NCBI GenBank assembly: GCA_963702895.1
Contig: OY969767.1
Location: 1,568,001-1,632,000 of the forward strand
Source of the DNA: an uncultured Elusimicrobia bacterium
Lineage (GTDB): Bacteria > Elusimicrobiota > Elusimicrobia > 2-01-FULL-59-12
DNA: 64,000 bases
Direction of reading: 5' to 3'
Part shown: one piece after another, positions 1 to 8,961 of the stretch
Layout: each line of letters begins with the position of its first letter
How positions within the stretch are numbered: position 1 is the stretch's first letter
Translations under genes and position numbers: made by a program
Notes under the pieces: generated by a model
Told to the model about the DNA's origin: nothing
Seen by the model: only the letters and a program-made list of their open reading frames with translations
Database searches by the model: none

Positions 1-577
1 GATCGTGGGAGTCCTTGGGATGGACGCGAGCTCCAATGGGTGCGACCGAAACACCCACGGCGAGCTGATGCTCCATGAAACTGTAGCCGGTCGCGACGTT
101 GCCGCTGAGGAGTTGCGCCTCCTGATCTTGAGGGAGGTCATTGGAGCCATAGACAGATAAAGACGCGACGCCGCCCAAACCAAAGTTTTTGTATTGACCC
201 ATGAGACCCACATCCATGAGGGCATGGTCGCTGTAGACGAGGCTCGTTGATCCACTGTTATCCGTATCATCGTCGGTGGTGGTGAGGGTGGAGAGCACCA
301 TGTCAAGTTCCCACGGACGCATAAAGGCCCGTGGACGATAAGCTACTGCAGCAGGGTTGTCGGGGATAGAAGCGTTTCCTTCGGCCAGACCGACAAAGGC
401 GCCGCCCATCGCGATTTTACGCGTGGAGCCTGTCGCGACGGTACGTGTCAAGTCGAGGCGATACTGATTGTCTAGGATCGGGTCACCGGTGGCGGCAAAA
501 ACAATCCCGCTGATTCCAATCATCAGAACCATCCTGATGACTGAACCAGCGGGGATGAACGTTTTCCTTGGTTGCAT
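1..577 (-). CDS. Outer-membrane beta-barrel, FadL/PorV-like (runs off the window edge)
   Basis: Manual translation from ATG 577 gives a signal peptide, then STRKIAMGGAFVGLAEGNASIPDNPAA, the typical FadL/PorV N-terminal motif. Confidence 0.6.
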   Translation of the reverse strand, partial: MQPRKTFIPAGSVIRMVLMIGISGIVFAATGDPILDNQYRLDLTRTVATGSTRKIAMGGAFVGLAEGNASIPDNPAAVAYRPRAFMRPWELDMVLSTLTTTDDDTDNSGSTSLVYSDHALMDVGLMGQYKNFGLGGVASLSVYGSNDLPQDQEAQLLSGNVATGYSFMEHQLAVGVSVAPIGARVHPKDSHD

Positions 578-615
578 GATGCCGATCCTAGGCGGCTGCC
601 TAGGAACGGGCCGAT

Positions 616-1203
616 TTACTTCCCAGGTTTACTGACGTCAATGGCGACCGTGCGGGTGCGTTTGATCACGAGTTGGTCACCTTTTTTCACGTTCTCAAGA
701 TTTTTCACATCGGGCGCGATGTCGATCGGAAAGGTTTTCCCATCGGGGCCTTTGAGGACGGCGGTCCTCTTTTTGGCATTGATTTTTTCGACCGTCGCCG
801 TGACAATTTCCGTCTCGACTTTCGTGCCAGAAGGTTTTTGTCCTTTGTTACGGATGATGACACTTCCTGAGCTTTCGGCGGAGGAAATCGTGTCGCTCGG
901 GGATTGCACCATGACCGCCACCGATTCCAGATAGTCAATTTTCACCTGATCGCCCTTCTTGACATCATTAAACCGGACAGCCTCGGGCCCGACTTCCATC
1001 GACACCGTTTGGCCATCCGTTCCTTTGAGGGTCATCATGCGGGTGGTGTAGTCTATGCTCTCGACAGTACCGGTATAATGGACCACTTCAGCTTCTACGA
1101 CGGCAGGCTTTGACACGTCTTTGGGTTGATCGGCAGCTGAGGCTATTCTAGGGGCGCTGAAGCTCATAACAACGGCGAAGCAAAATGCAGTGGATATTTT
1201 CAT
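616..1203 (-). CDS. Exported protein with two repeated OB-fold-like units
   Basis: Signal peptide; internal repeat TVESID..TLKG..G / TVEKIN..VLKG..G, each followed by VKKGDQ. Confidence 0.7.
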   Translation of the reverse strand: MKISTAFCFAVVMSFSAPRIASAADQPKDVSKPAVVEAEVVHYTGTVESIDYTTRMMTLKGTDGQTVSMEVGPEAVRFNDVKKGDQVKIDYLESVAVMVQSPSDTISSAESSGSVIIRNKGQKPSGTKVETEIVTATVEKINAKKRTAVLKGPDGKTFPIDIAPDVKNLENVKKGDQLVIKRTRTVAIDVSKPGK

Positions 1204-1311
1204 AACGATCTCCTTTAGGTCAATTCGGACGAACTGTCTTATGAGGTGATGGGAGTCCTGGAGACAGCCTTCTTGCAGGGCAACTGTACCAAAAATGCTA
1301 CAATCCGCGCA

Positions 1312-1857
1312 ATGAAACGGCTCCTTCCACTGACTACCGTCTGCTTCCTCTTGTCATCGGCCCTCGTGGAGGCGGAGGATCTGTCCAACCGTTTTGGTAT
1401 TGCAGGCATTGTGGGAGCCGCTTTCCCAGTGGCTCCGGACTACGTGACCTCGAACACCAGCAGTGTCGGGCTCGATATTGGCTTCGTGGGAAGTTTTTAT
1501 GTCAGCCCCTACATCGGCATGGGCCTGTCCTATGAAAGCATTCACCTGGGAGACGGACAGTGGGTGTCCCCCATCGATATCCTTTTTCTTTATCGCTTCC
1601 ACTCCGATAAAAACTGGACGCCCACGTTTCAATTTGGTGCGGGATCCGCCAAGGGCGTCAATTCCGATCGGATGGAAAACTTAAACTTCAAAACGGGCCT
1701 TGGCGTGGATTGGTTTGTGTCGCCTTCGGTGGCGGTCGGCCCGCAGATCAACTATTTCTTCATCTCCCACAGCGGCGACGCGTCGACCGAGGTGCATCTG
1801 GTCACCACCAATATACTCGTCTCCTATTACTTCGGTTCAACCTACTCCAAGAATTAA
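1312..1857 (+). CDS. Small outer-membrane beta-barrel (OmpA/OmpW-like)
   Basis: Signal peptide MKRLLPL...; amphipathic strands with Gly/aromatic pattern. Confidence 0.7.
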   Translation: MKRLLPLTTVCFLLSSALVEAEDLSNRFGIAGIVGAAFPVAPDYVTSNTSSVGLDIGFVGSFYVSPYIGMGLSYESIHLGDGQWVSPIDILFLYRFHSDKNWTPTFQFGAGSAKGVNSDRMENLNFKTGLGVDWFVSPSVAVGPQINYFFISHSGDASTEVHLVTTNILVSYYFGSTYSKN

Positions 1858-2163
1858 CCTCGAATCTTCTGTTGACGTCACCCCGGCGGATTGTTAGCCG
1901 GCCCTCCACACATCCGGCGGGCCGTCCGCCCTGCCGTGTGGCGGACGGGGTCTATTATCGACGTAAAAATATGATGGATCCGACACACTACGGTCGGACG
2001 CCTGTCGTCTGGCGTCCCCCCCCTTACCATCAGCCGATGCGTTACTGGCTGATGGCCATCGTCCTATAAAAATGGGATACGATAGCGGCCGGGGGGGATG
2101 ACGGCACTAAAAGGTGCGCCGGGTTGAGACGGAGAGAATTGGGCAAGTACAGGTTTCGGGCTA
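1855..2163. mobile_element. MITE/REP composite copy A with nested mini-hairpin inserts
   Basis: TA-ACCTCGAATCTTCTGTTGACGTCACCCCGG...GGGATGACGGCAC core shared with copies at 6401, 16807 and 20505. Confidence 0.7.
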
Positions 2164-2202
2164 ACGACATGCCGGGATGACGGCCCAAATGAATCTTTGC
2201 GA

Positions 2203-3627
2203 CTAGATCGCTCGGAAAGCCCAGGAGAGAAACACCTTGATGCCGGAATTGGCCTGGTTGACCTCCGGCAGGTGGTCATAGAGCGTACGGCGCTCCTGGA
2301 AGGACCACCCCAGACCCGCGTACAAATCTTTCATCAAGGGATAGCGCGCTTCCGCGTCCACCAAGATGAGGCGGTTCTCGCTTGAGATCCCGTCGTTCGT
2401 GTTGAACCACCCAGCCGACATGGAGAGCTTAAACCAATCAACCTCGTGACGACGGATACGGACATCGATTTTAGGGCCACCACCACTACCAAAGTCATAG
2501 TTTCGACCTGTGGCGTTGATGCTATCTTCTTCATAGTCGACCTGGATTCCCGCGAAGATAAAACCCTGGGCGGAGAGTTCGGTCCGCAGATCAAATTCCT
2601 CGGGAAGCTTCCAGCGTGACAGGAGCGTCAGATTCAGGCCTTGCCCCCCCAACGCCGAGGCCGTGTTGTTGAAATAGTTATAGCTCAAGGTGGGCGCCAG
2701 CATATGGTGTACGTCACCATCATCCTTGAGTTCCCACCCAGCGAGCAACCCTCGGTAGGTCACATAGGGTAAGAGGGGTCCTTTGGCCAGAGACATCGTC
2801 CCTTCCAGGTCAAAGTAATCAAAGGGTTTTTTGATCTCCGTTTCGTGAGGGTCGTTTTGGCGCAAGATGAGCGAGAAATACCCTTGATCCGGATGGGCTG
2901 ACATTTCACGGCCATGCTGGTAGCCACCGTCCACCATCACAAAGAGCATGTTCGGAAACCGGTCGGGAGGATTGTCTTTCTTTTTCCACATATCACCAAA
3001 CACGAGCCGGTCCACGAACCCCACCGGGTTCACGATCCCCGCGCCGAACTCACGCCAAAATCGTTCAGCGCCGGTCGCTCGGTTATCGCGGATGACATTG
3101 GACAAACGATAAGTCATTTCGCCACGGCTCATACCCCCAAACAAGGTATTGACCATATCGTTATAAGAGGGGAGCTCCGATTCCATGAAGAACTCCCAGC
3201 CGAAATCGCCCACAAGGGTAAAGAGCGACGACTCCCAGAAGTTAAACCCATTTTCGCGGCCAGCGTTGAAATACAGGGATCCCTGAAAGGGGTGGCCCCA
3301 TTGGTTGGTTTGGAAACTGTCCTGATCGAAGACAAAGCCCTCCTCAAAGTTGCGCCGGACTGAGTCCATGGAAATGTCCGCGTAGTCCGCGTCGAGGACG
3401 TAGTGGCTATAGAGCCAGGGCGAATACCCGACCACAATCATTTCGGCAGTTGCGCGCCAAAACCGTTTTTGAACACGAGGGGCCGCCGCGGCTGCTTCGC
3501 TTGGCAATGTCGTCGTTGATAAGCTCGGGGAGTCCGGCGCGGCAGCGGGCGTGGGACTCTGCGCGTAAGCGTGTGCGATGAAGAACAGGAAAACGCTAGC
3601 CGCAAGCGGAACCGGATACCTTTTCAT
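2203..3627 (-). CDS. DUF3943-like outer-membrane protein, paralog 1
   Basis: Signal peptide; D..F.TNQWGHPFQGSLYFNAGRENG and WEFFME.E.PS.ND motifs; C-terminal beta strand. Confidence 0.75.
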   Translation of the reverse strand: MKRYPVPLAASVFLFFIAHAYAQSPTPAAAPDSPSLSTTTLPSEAAAAAPRVQKRFWRATAEMIVVGYSPWLYSHYVLDADYADISMDSVRRNFEEGFVFDQDSFQTNQWGHPFQGSLYFNAGRENGFNFWESSLFTLVGDFGWEFFMESELPSYNDMVNTLFGGMSRGEMTYRLSNVIRDNRATGAERFWREFGAGIVNPVGFVDRLVFGDMWKKKDNPPDRFPNMLFVMVDGGYQHGREMSAHPDQGYFSLILRQNDPHETEIKKPFDYFDLEGTMSLAKGPLLPYVTYRGLLAGWELKDDGDVHHMLAPTLSYNYFNNTASALGGQGLNLTLLSRWKLPEEFDLRTELSAQGFIFAGIQVDYEEDSINATGRNYDFGSGGGPKIDVRIRRHEVDWFKLSMSAGWFNTNDGISSENRLILVDAEARYPLMKDLYAGLGWSFQERRTLYDHLPEVNQANSGIKVFLSWAFRAI

Positions 3628-3705
3628 AAAATAGCCTCTCTAGAAGTTAACCCAAAATCTTCCATTCACCAAGTCCTGCCGTCTGAGCCTGCAGCACTTT
3701 TTTAT

Positions 3706-3870
3706 CCCCTCTCCCGCCGCCAGGTGGGAGACCCGCGCTTCCGCAATTTCCTATAGCGCGCAGGTCCCACGGTCGTAAGTGGGAGGGTAAAGGGTGAGGG
3801 CACAGCCTCATCTTACGACGGAGCCTTGCCCTCACCCCCGCCCTCTCCCGCGTTCCGCGGGCGAGGGGGT
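3706..3870. repeat. CCCTCTCCC/GGGAGAGGG-type palindromic repeat pair
   Basis: CCCCTCTCCCG..GGGAG..GGGGTGAGGG followed by CCCTCACCCCCGCCCTCTCCCG..GGGCGAGGGGG. Confidence 0.55.
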
Positions 3871-3995
3871 TCCATAGAACCGAAGATTTTGAGTTAACGA
3901 TGCTCAACAACTTTTCAACATCGTATATTTTTGACACCCTACAGTTCCAGGCGAAAGACTCCCTATGAAAGTCCTCAGCTTGAGAGGACCTATCC

Positions 3996-5423
3996 TTATC
4001 CGATGATTCGGAAAGCCCAGGATAAGAAGGCTTTGATTCCGGAACTGGTTCGTGAGGTCGCGGGGAGGTCCTGATAATGCGTGTGGCGGTCCTGAAACGA
4101 CCACCCCAAGCCGACGAACAAGTCTTGGGTGATCGGGTAGCGGGCTTCCGTGTTGACAACAATGATCCGATTGTCCGATGAAATCCCATCATTGGTCTTG
4201 AACCATCCGGCCGAAAGTGAGCACCGGAACCAGTCAACGTCATGGCGGCGGATCCGGGCATCGAGGACCGGACCTCCACCAGAACCGAAATCATAATTGC
4301 GCCCCGTGGCAGCGATACTTTCCGCTTCGTAGTCGGTTTGGATCCCGGCAAAGATATAACCTAAAGCTCCCGCCTCTGTGCGAAGCTCAAAGTCCTTGGG
4401 AAGCATCCATCGGGAAAGGAGCGCCAGATCCAACCCCTGCCCCCCGAAGGCGGAATGACCGTTATCGAAGTAGTCAAAGGTCATCCCGGGCGAAAGCATA
4501 TGGTGGGCATCTGCATCCTCGAAGACATCCCAGCCGGCGACCAAGCCCCTGAAGGACGCGGCAGGAAGGGCTGGACCTTTCGCCGTACTGAGGGTGGCGT
4601 CGACGTGAAAATAATCAAATGGTTTTTGGATCGGCGTTTCATGGGGATCGTTTTGACGCATGGAGAACGAAAAATATCCCTGGTCTGGATGCGGCGTATT
4701 GCTTCTTCCATGTTGGTAACCACCGTCGACCGTCAGAAAAAGCTTGTTGGGAAACCGGTCCGGCGGGTTGTCTGCCTTTTTCCACATGTCCCCAAAGACC
4801 GCTCGGTCCGCAAATCCAACGGGGTTTAGGGCGCCGGCCACCACCTCACGCCAAAATCTGTCAAAACCCGTGGCGCGGTTGTCTCGGACCATTGTCGAAA
4901 GACGGTAGTTGATTTCCCCGTGACTGATACCGCCGAAAAAGGTGTTGGCCAGATCGTTGTAGGACGGTTGCTCGGCTTCCATGAAGAGTTCCCAGCCCAA
5001 ATCACCCACCAAGACGAAGGGAACGGATTCCCAGAACGTAAAGCCGTTTTCTCGGGCTGCGTTGAAATACATAGCCCCCTGATACGAATGGCCCCAGATA
5101 CTGGTTTGGAATTTGTCTTGGTCAAACACAAATCCCTCTTCAAAGTTATGGCGGACCGTATCCATGGAAATATCGGCGTAGTCCGCATCCAAGACGTAAT
5201 GGCTGTAGAGCCAAGGGGAATACCCGACCAGGATCATTTCACCGGTCGCCCGCCAGAACCGCTTTTGAACGACCGGGTCCACCGTGCCCCTTGCGCTTGG
5301 CGAAGTTGTCGTCGAAATAGTTGAAACGCTCGTCACATCAGGCAGTGAAGCGCTCTGCGCGTAAGCACTTGAACTGAGCAAGAGGCAGGCGCTGATCACT
5401 AAAAAAAGAGGGCGGATTTTCAT
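3996..5423 (-). CDS. DUF3943-like outer-membrane protein, paralog 2
   Basis: Colinear with and highly similar to 2203-3627 (e.g. VQKRFWRAT, TGRNYDFGSGGGP). Confidence 0.75.
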   Translation of the reverse strand: MKIRPLFLVISACLLLSSSAYAQSASLPDVTSVSTISTTTSPSARGTVDPVVQKRFWRATGEMILVGYSPWLYSHYVLDADYADISMDTVRHNFEEGFVFDQDKFQTSIWGHSYQGAMYFNAARENGFTFWESVPFVLVGDLGWELFMEAEQPSYNDLANTFFGGISHGEINYRLSTMVRDNRATGFDRFWREVVAGALNPVGFADRAVFGDMWKKADNPPDRFPNKLFLTVDGGYQHGRSNTPHPDQGYFSFSMRQNDPHETPIQKPFDYFHVDATLSTAKGPALPAASFRGLVAGWDVFEDADAHHMLSPGMTFDYFDNGHSAFGGQGLDLALLSRWMLPKDFELRTEAGALGYIFAGIQTDYEAESIAATGRNYDFGSGGGPVLDARIRRHDVDWFRCSLSAGWFKTNDGISSDNRIIVVNTEARYPITQDLFVGLGWSFQDRHTHYQDLPATSRTSSGIKAFLSWAFRIIG

Positions 5424-5512
5424 GGGATTGATATCGCCGTGGAATATACTTCAGTGGCAATCGTGCACATAATATATTTTTCCACGTGTTCTGTGTTAGG
5501 ATTAATCGCTCT

Positions 5513-6403
5513 ATGAGATCCCTTGGGCTTCGTCGGATCCATCGGTGTGGCATAGCTTTTGCAATCGCCAGCGTTCTCCCCTGGCTGCCACGCCAGGCCC
5601 TTGGCTCTTCCCCCAGCAGCCTGGAAGAACGTATCGCGAAAGAAGAGCGCTTGAAGCAGGTGGGGTATTTTATCCTTCCTCACCGGCCCAATTATTTGAT
5701 GCCGCTCAGCTACAACCCCCACCCTAACAATGAACCTTTTGCGCCAGAGACGCAGCCGCTTGATGAAATTGAGACGAAGTTTCAAATCAGCGTCAAAGTC
5801 CCCTTAGCCGAGCGCCTCTTCACGGTGCCTATCCAGACCTATATCGCCTATACACAGGTGTCCTTCTGGCAAACCTACAACGACCAAAAATCTTCTTTAT
5901 TCCGGAACACGGACTACGAGCCGGAGTTCTTTTTTCAATCGAACGCGACATGGAAGATCTCGGGCCTCACCAACCGCTATAGCCGGCTTGGCTTTACCCA
6001 TCAATCCAATGGACAAGCCACCCCCATCTCCCGGAGTTGGAACCGGATTTATGCCGAATTTGTCCTGGATTACGGCCCCAGCATGATTTCCATCAAGCCT
6101 TGGTTCCGCATCATCGGACCCGCCGAAGAAGACACGAATCCTGACATGTGGAAGTATTATGGTTACGGCGAATTGCGGGGCGCGGTCAAAGTTTGGGGCA
6201 AGCAGGAGTTCTCTTTGCTTTTCCGCAACAACTTGGACTTCCATGACAATAAGGGGGCCGTCGAACTCGGATGGTCCTTCCCCTTGATTCGCAGCATGAA
6301 CGGTTTTGTTCAGTACTTCAACGGCTACGGCGAGTCCCTTCTGGATTACAACGTTCCGGTGAGCCGCGTGAGCGTGGGCGTGTCGTTTTCGGGTTGGCTC
6401 TAG
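5513..6403 (+). CDS. pldA: Outer-membrane phospholipase A1
   Basis: KFQIS, YTQ.S.WQ, catalytic HQSNG, SRSWNR and QYFNGYGESLLDYN motifs. Confidence 0.92.
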   Translation: MRSLGLRRIHRCGIAFAIASVLPWLPRQALGSSPSSLEERIAKEERLKQVGYFILPHRPNYLMPLSYNPHPNNEPFAPETQPLDEIETKFQISVKVPLAERLFTVPIQTYIAYTQVSFWQTYNDQKSSLFRNTDYEPEFFFQSNATWKISGLTNRYSRLGFTHQSNGQATPISRSWNRIYAEFVLDYGPSMISIKPWFRIIGPAEEDTNPDMWKYYGYGELRGAVKVWGKQEFSLLFRNNLDFHDNKGAVELGWSFPLIRSMNGFVQYFNGYGESLLDYNVPVSRVSVGVSFSGWL

Positions 6404-6607
6404 CCGGGAATCCTCTGTTGGGTCGGTATTGTCGTCTGAGGTTAGTGGACTTTTTTGTGCCGTCATCCCGGCATGCCGTCAGCCGGGATCCATCATTTAC
6501 GTCGAAACGTGATAGACCCCGTCCGCCACACGGCAGGGCGGACGGTCCGCCGGAAGTCTGGAGGACCGGCTTTCGCCGGGGTGACATCAACAGATGATTC
6601 CGGGCTC
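6401..6607. mobile_element. MITE/REP composite copy B (reverse orientation)
   Basis: Imperfect terminal inverted repeats AGCCGGGAATCCTCTGTTG...CAACAGATGATTCCGGGCT; begins at the pldA stop codon. Confidence 0.7.
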
Positions 6608-6661
6608 GGATATCTGGTGCTAGGCACTATTGGCTAAAAAAGCAGGATGAGTGACAAGACG

Positions 6662-7846
6662 TTAGGATGGGAACAGCACATCCAGGCCTTCCTGCCAGGG
6701 TAGGATGTGAATGCCATGCGCCAAGCGCGGCCGGGGGGCGTTGGAGAAACAGTAGAGTTTTGCTTTGGGGTTTTCTTTCTGGAAGGCCAGAAGCCCTTTG
6801 AGTTCCTGTTCGGCCGGCGCCTCGCCGGATTTGATCTCGATGGCAACTGGCGCCTCCGCCGTATTGCGATAAAGGATCACATCCACCTCTAGGCCGGTGT
6901 TGGTCCGCCAATAAGCGAACCGGTATCCGGCGTCCGTATAGTCATTCAGGCGGATCATTTCGAGGAGGACCCAGGACTCGAACAGCTTGCCATAGCGGAA
7001 GGATCTCGAGCGCAGCTCGGTGCGCAATTCTCCCCGAAGGGCGTTCAGTACCCCGCAATCGAAGAAATAGAACTTGGGCGCCTGCATCAACTGCCGGCGC
7101 ACGGAGGTGGACCATCCGTCCAGCCGGAAGGCGATCAGCGTATCCTCGAGAATGGAAAAATAATCCTGAATGGTCGGGACCGAGGCAATACCCTGGCGGG
7201 CCATCTTGGAAAAATTCACCGGTTCCCCGTGCGCCTGTGCCGCGAATTCCAGAAATCGCGTAAAACGATCCAGCTTGCGAACCAGCGCTTCCTGCTGGAT
7301 TTCCTCTTTCAGATAGGTTCCCACGTAGGCGTCCAGCCAGGCTTCGGGTTTCGCTTCCGAAAGGTAGAGTCCTGGCAACGTCCCGAACTGCAGAGCCTTA
7401 GCCAGATCCAAACGCACTTCTCGGTGCGTCAAAGGATGCAGATGAGTGACATAAGCCCGACCCGCCAGGAGATTGGCGCCGCCTCGCTTGAGCTTGCGGG
7501 CGCTGGAGCCGGTCAGGAGAAACTGAACGTCTTTGGAACTCTCATTAAACAGGGAATGAACGACATCCAGCAGAGCGGGCACTTTCTGAACTTCATCGAT
7601 GAGCACAAAAAGAGGCTTTCCCGGCCTGCGCTCCCAGGCGGCATGAACTTCTTCTTTCAACGCCCCAGGGTGTTTGAGGTAACGTAAAAACGCCTTCTGA
7701 TCAAGGAGATCAATGGACAGAGCCGGCGGTCGCGTCTGAACCAACGCTTGAGCCAGATGTGTTTTTCCTGTTCCGCGCGCGCCAAAGAGGAAGGAAGAAC
7801 CCTCCTTCCCCAGAAGTTTTCCCAAGTCCAAGAGCCTCTTAACCAT
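6662..7846 (-). CDS. AAA+ ATPase (AAA_14 + DUF4143, C-terminal PD-(D/E)XK-like)
   Basis: Walker A GARGTGKT, Walker B IDEVQK, LTGSS, KFYFFDCG, EVD..AIEIK. Confidence 0.88.
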   Translation of the reverse strand: MVKRLLDLGKLLGKEGSSFLFGARGTGKTHLAQALVQTRPPALSIDLLDQKAFLRYLKHPGALKEEVHAAWERRPGKPLFVLIDEVQKVPALLDVVHSLFNESSKDVQFLLTGSSARKLKRGGANLLAGRAYVTHLHPLTHREVRLDLAKALQFGTLPGLYLSEAKPEAWLDAYVGTYLKEEIQQEALVRKLDRFTRFLEFAAQAHGEPVNFSKMARQGIASVPTIQDYFSILEDTLIAFRLDGWSTSVRRQLMQAPKFYFFDCGVLNALRGELRTELRSRSFRYGKLFESWVLLEMIRLNDYTDAGYRFAYWRTNTGLEVDVILYRNTAEAPVAIEIKSGEAPAEQELKGLLAFQKENPKAKLYCFSNAPRPRLAHGIHILPWQEGLDVLFPS

Positions 7847-7907
7847 GGTTTAAATATATCATATATATGTAAAGTCCTCTATAGGCTCCATCGCAGTGGC
7901 CGGGATT

Positions 7908-8846
7908 CTAACGGCCCCAGGAGTGCGTATAGACCGTCGCGACCGTTTGGAAATCCGCGCCGGTGCGCGTGACAATCCCATTACTGTAGTTGATCCCCAC
8001 AGAATCCCACCGCGACAGCGCCATCGTGAGAGTCCCCCCCAGACGGTGATTGGTTTGAAGGTCCGCTCTTTCGGCGCCATTGACACTTGTCTGACCGCCG
8101 GAAGCGATCCCATAGTTAAAAGCCAGCCATATCTTCTTGTCTAACGAATAGATGACGTCGCCCTTGAGATAGGCGATCGGCTTTTGAGTGAGCTCTTTGC
8201 CTCCGAAATAGTTATGGTTCGTCGTGAAGAACCAGGCTCCTCCCGCGACTTCGGCGCACCAAGGCCCCCAGGCCCGCGACACGCCGGTTTCCGGACGAAA
8301 CGACCAGCGGTTCGCCCCCAGGTTGATCATGCGCGTGGAATCATACTGTCCCAAGGGCGCCGCCATCATGAAACTCAGGCCCCAAATGGTGCGTTGTTGG
8401 TAACTCTGAAACTCTGACCGGCGGAGTGCCGGCGCGCCCGCCAAATTTACGGTTAAGCGAAAACGAGGATCAATGAGCCCCTGCGGATCGCGGGTCATGA
8501 ATTGGCCGTCCACCAAGCCCTCGTAATGGCCCCACGCCACCGCCGTGACGGCATCCGCGCGCGCCATTCGGCCGAAGAGGTTGAAATATCGTGCATACAA
8601 CATCAACGCCCCATGGAGATGTGCTTTCGCATCTTCAAGGGGGACCTGACTGTCTTCCGCAAGAATATTCCCACCGGTGTAGGCATAGCCGAGGGATAAG
8701 GCATTCAGGCCTACAGGCGCGTTCCTGTACAGACCCGGCTCGAGCTCCAGGGCATGGGCCACTGCCGCCGAATAGAGCACGAGTAGACCCAGGAGAAGTT
8801 CGCCCAGTCGCTTATGCTTGCAGTGCAAGACTTTTGTGTTCGGCAA
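7908..8846 (-). CDS. Outer-membrane transporter (phenol MetA-like barrel); start uncertain
   Basis: Hydrophobic signal; PLGQYD...NLGANRWSFRPE motif. Confidence 0.7.
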   Translation of the reverse strand: MPNTKVLHCKHKRLGELLLGLLVLYSAAVAHALELEPGLYRNAPVGLNALSLGYAYTGGNILAEDSQVPLEDAKAHLHGALMLYARYFNLFGRMARADAVTAVAWGHYEGLVDGQFMTRDPQGLIDPRFRLTVNLAGAPALRRSEFQSYQQRTIWGLSFMMAAPLGQYDSTRMINLGANRWSFRPETGVSRAWGPWCAEVAGGAWFFTTNHNYFGGKELTQKPIAYLKGDVIYSLDKKIWLAFNYGIASGGQTSVNGAERADLQTNHRLGGTLTMALSRWDSVGINYSNGIVTRTGADFQTVATVYTHSWGR

Positions 8847-8961
8847 GATGCCTACTGTTCTTCGGGTTGGATAGGTTGTAGCCTCACTTGGCGGCCCTTC
8901 CACGTCCGGTTCGCCAGCAGGCAATTCTTCATAGCACAACGCTGATACGCACTCGATATTC

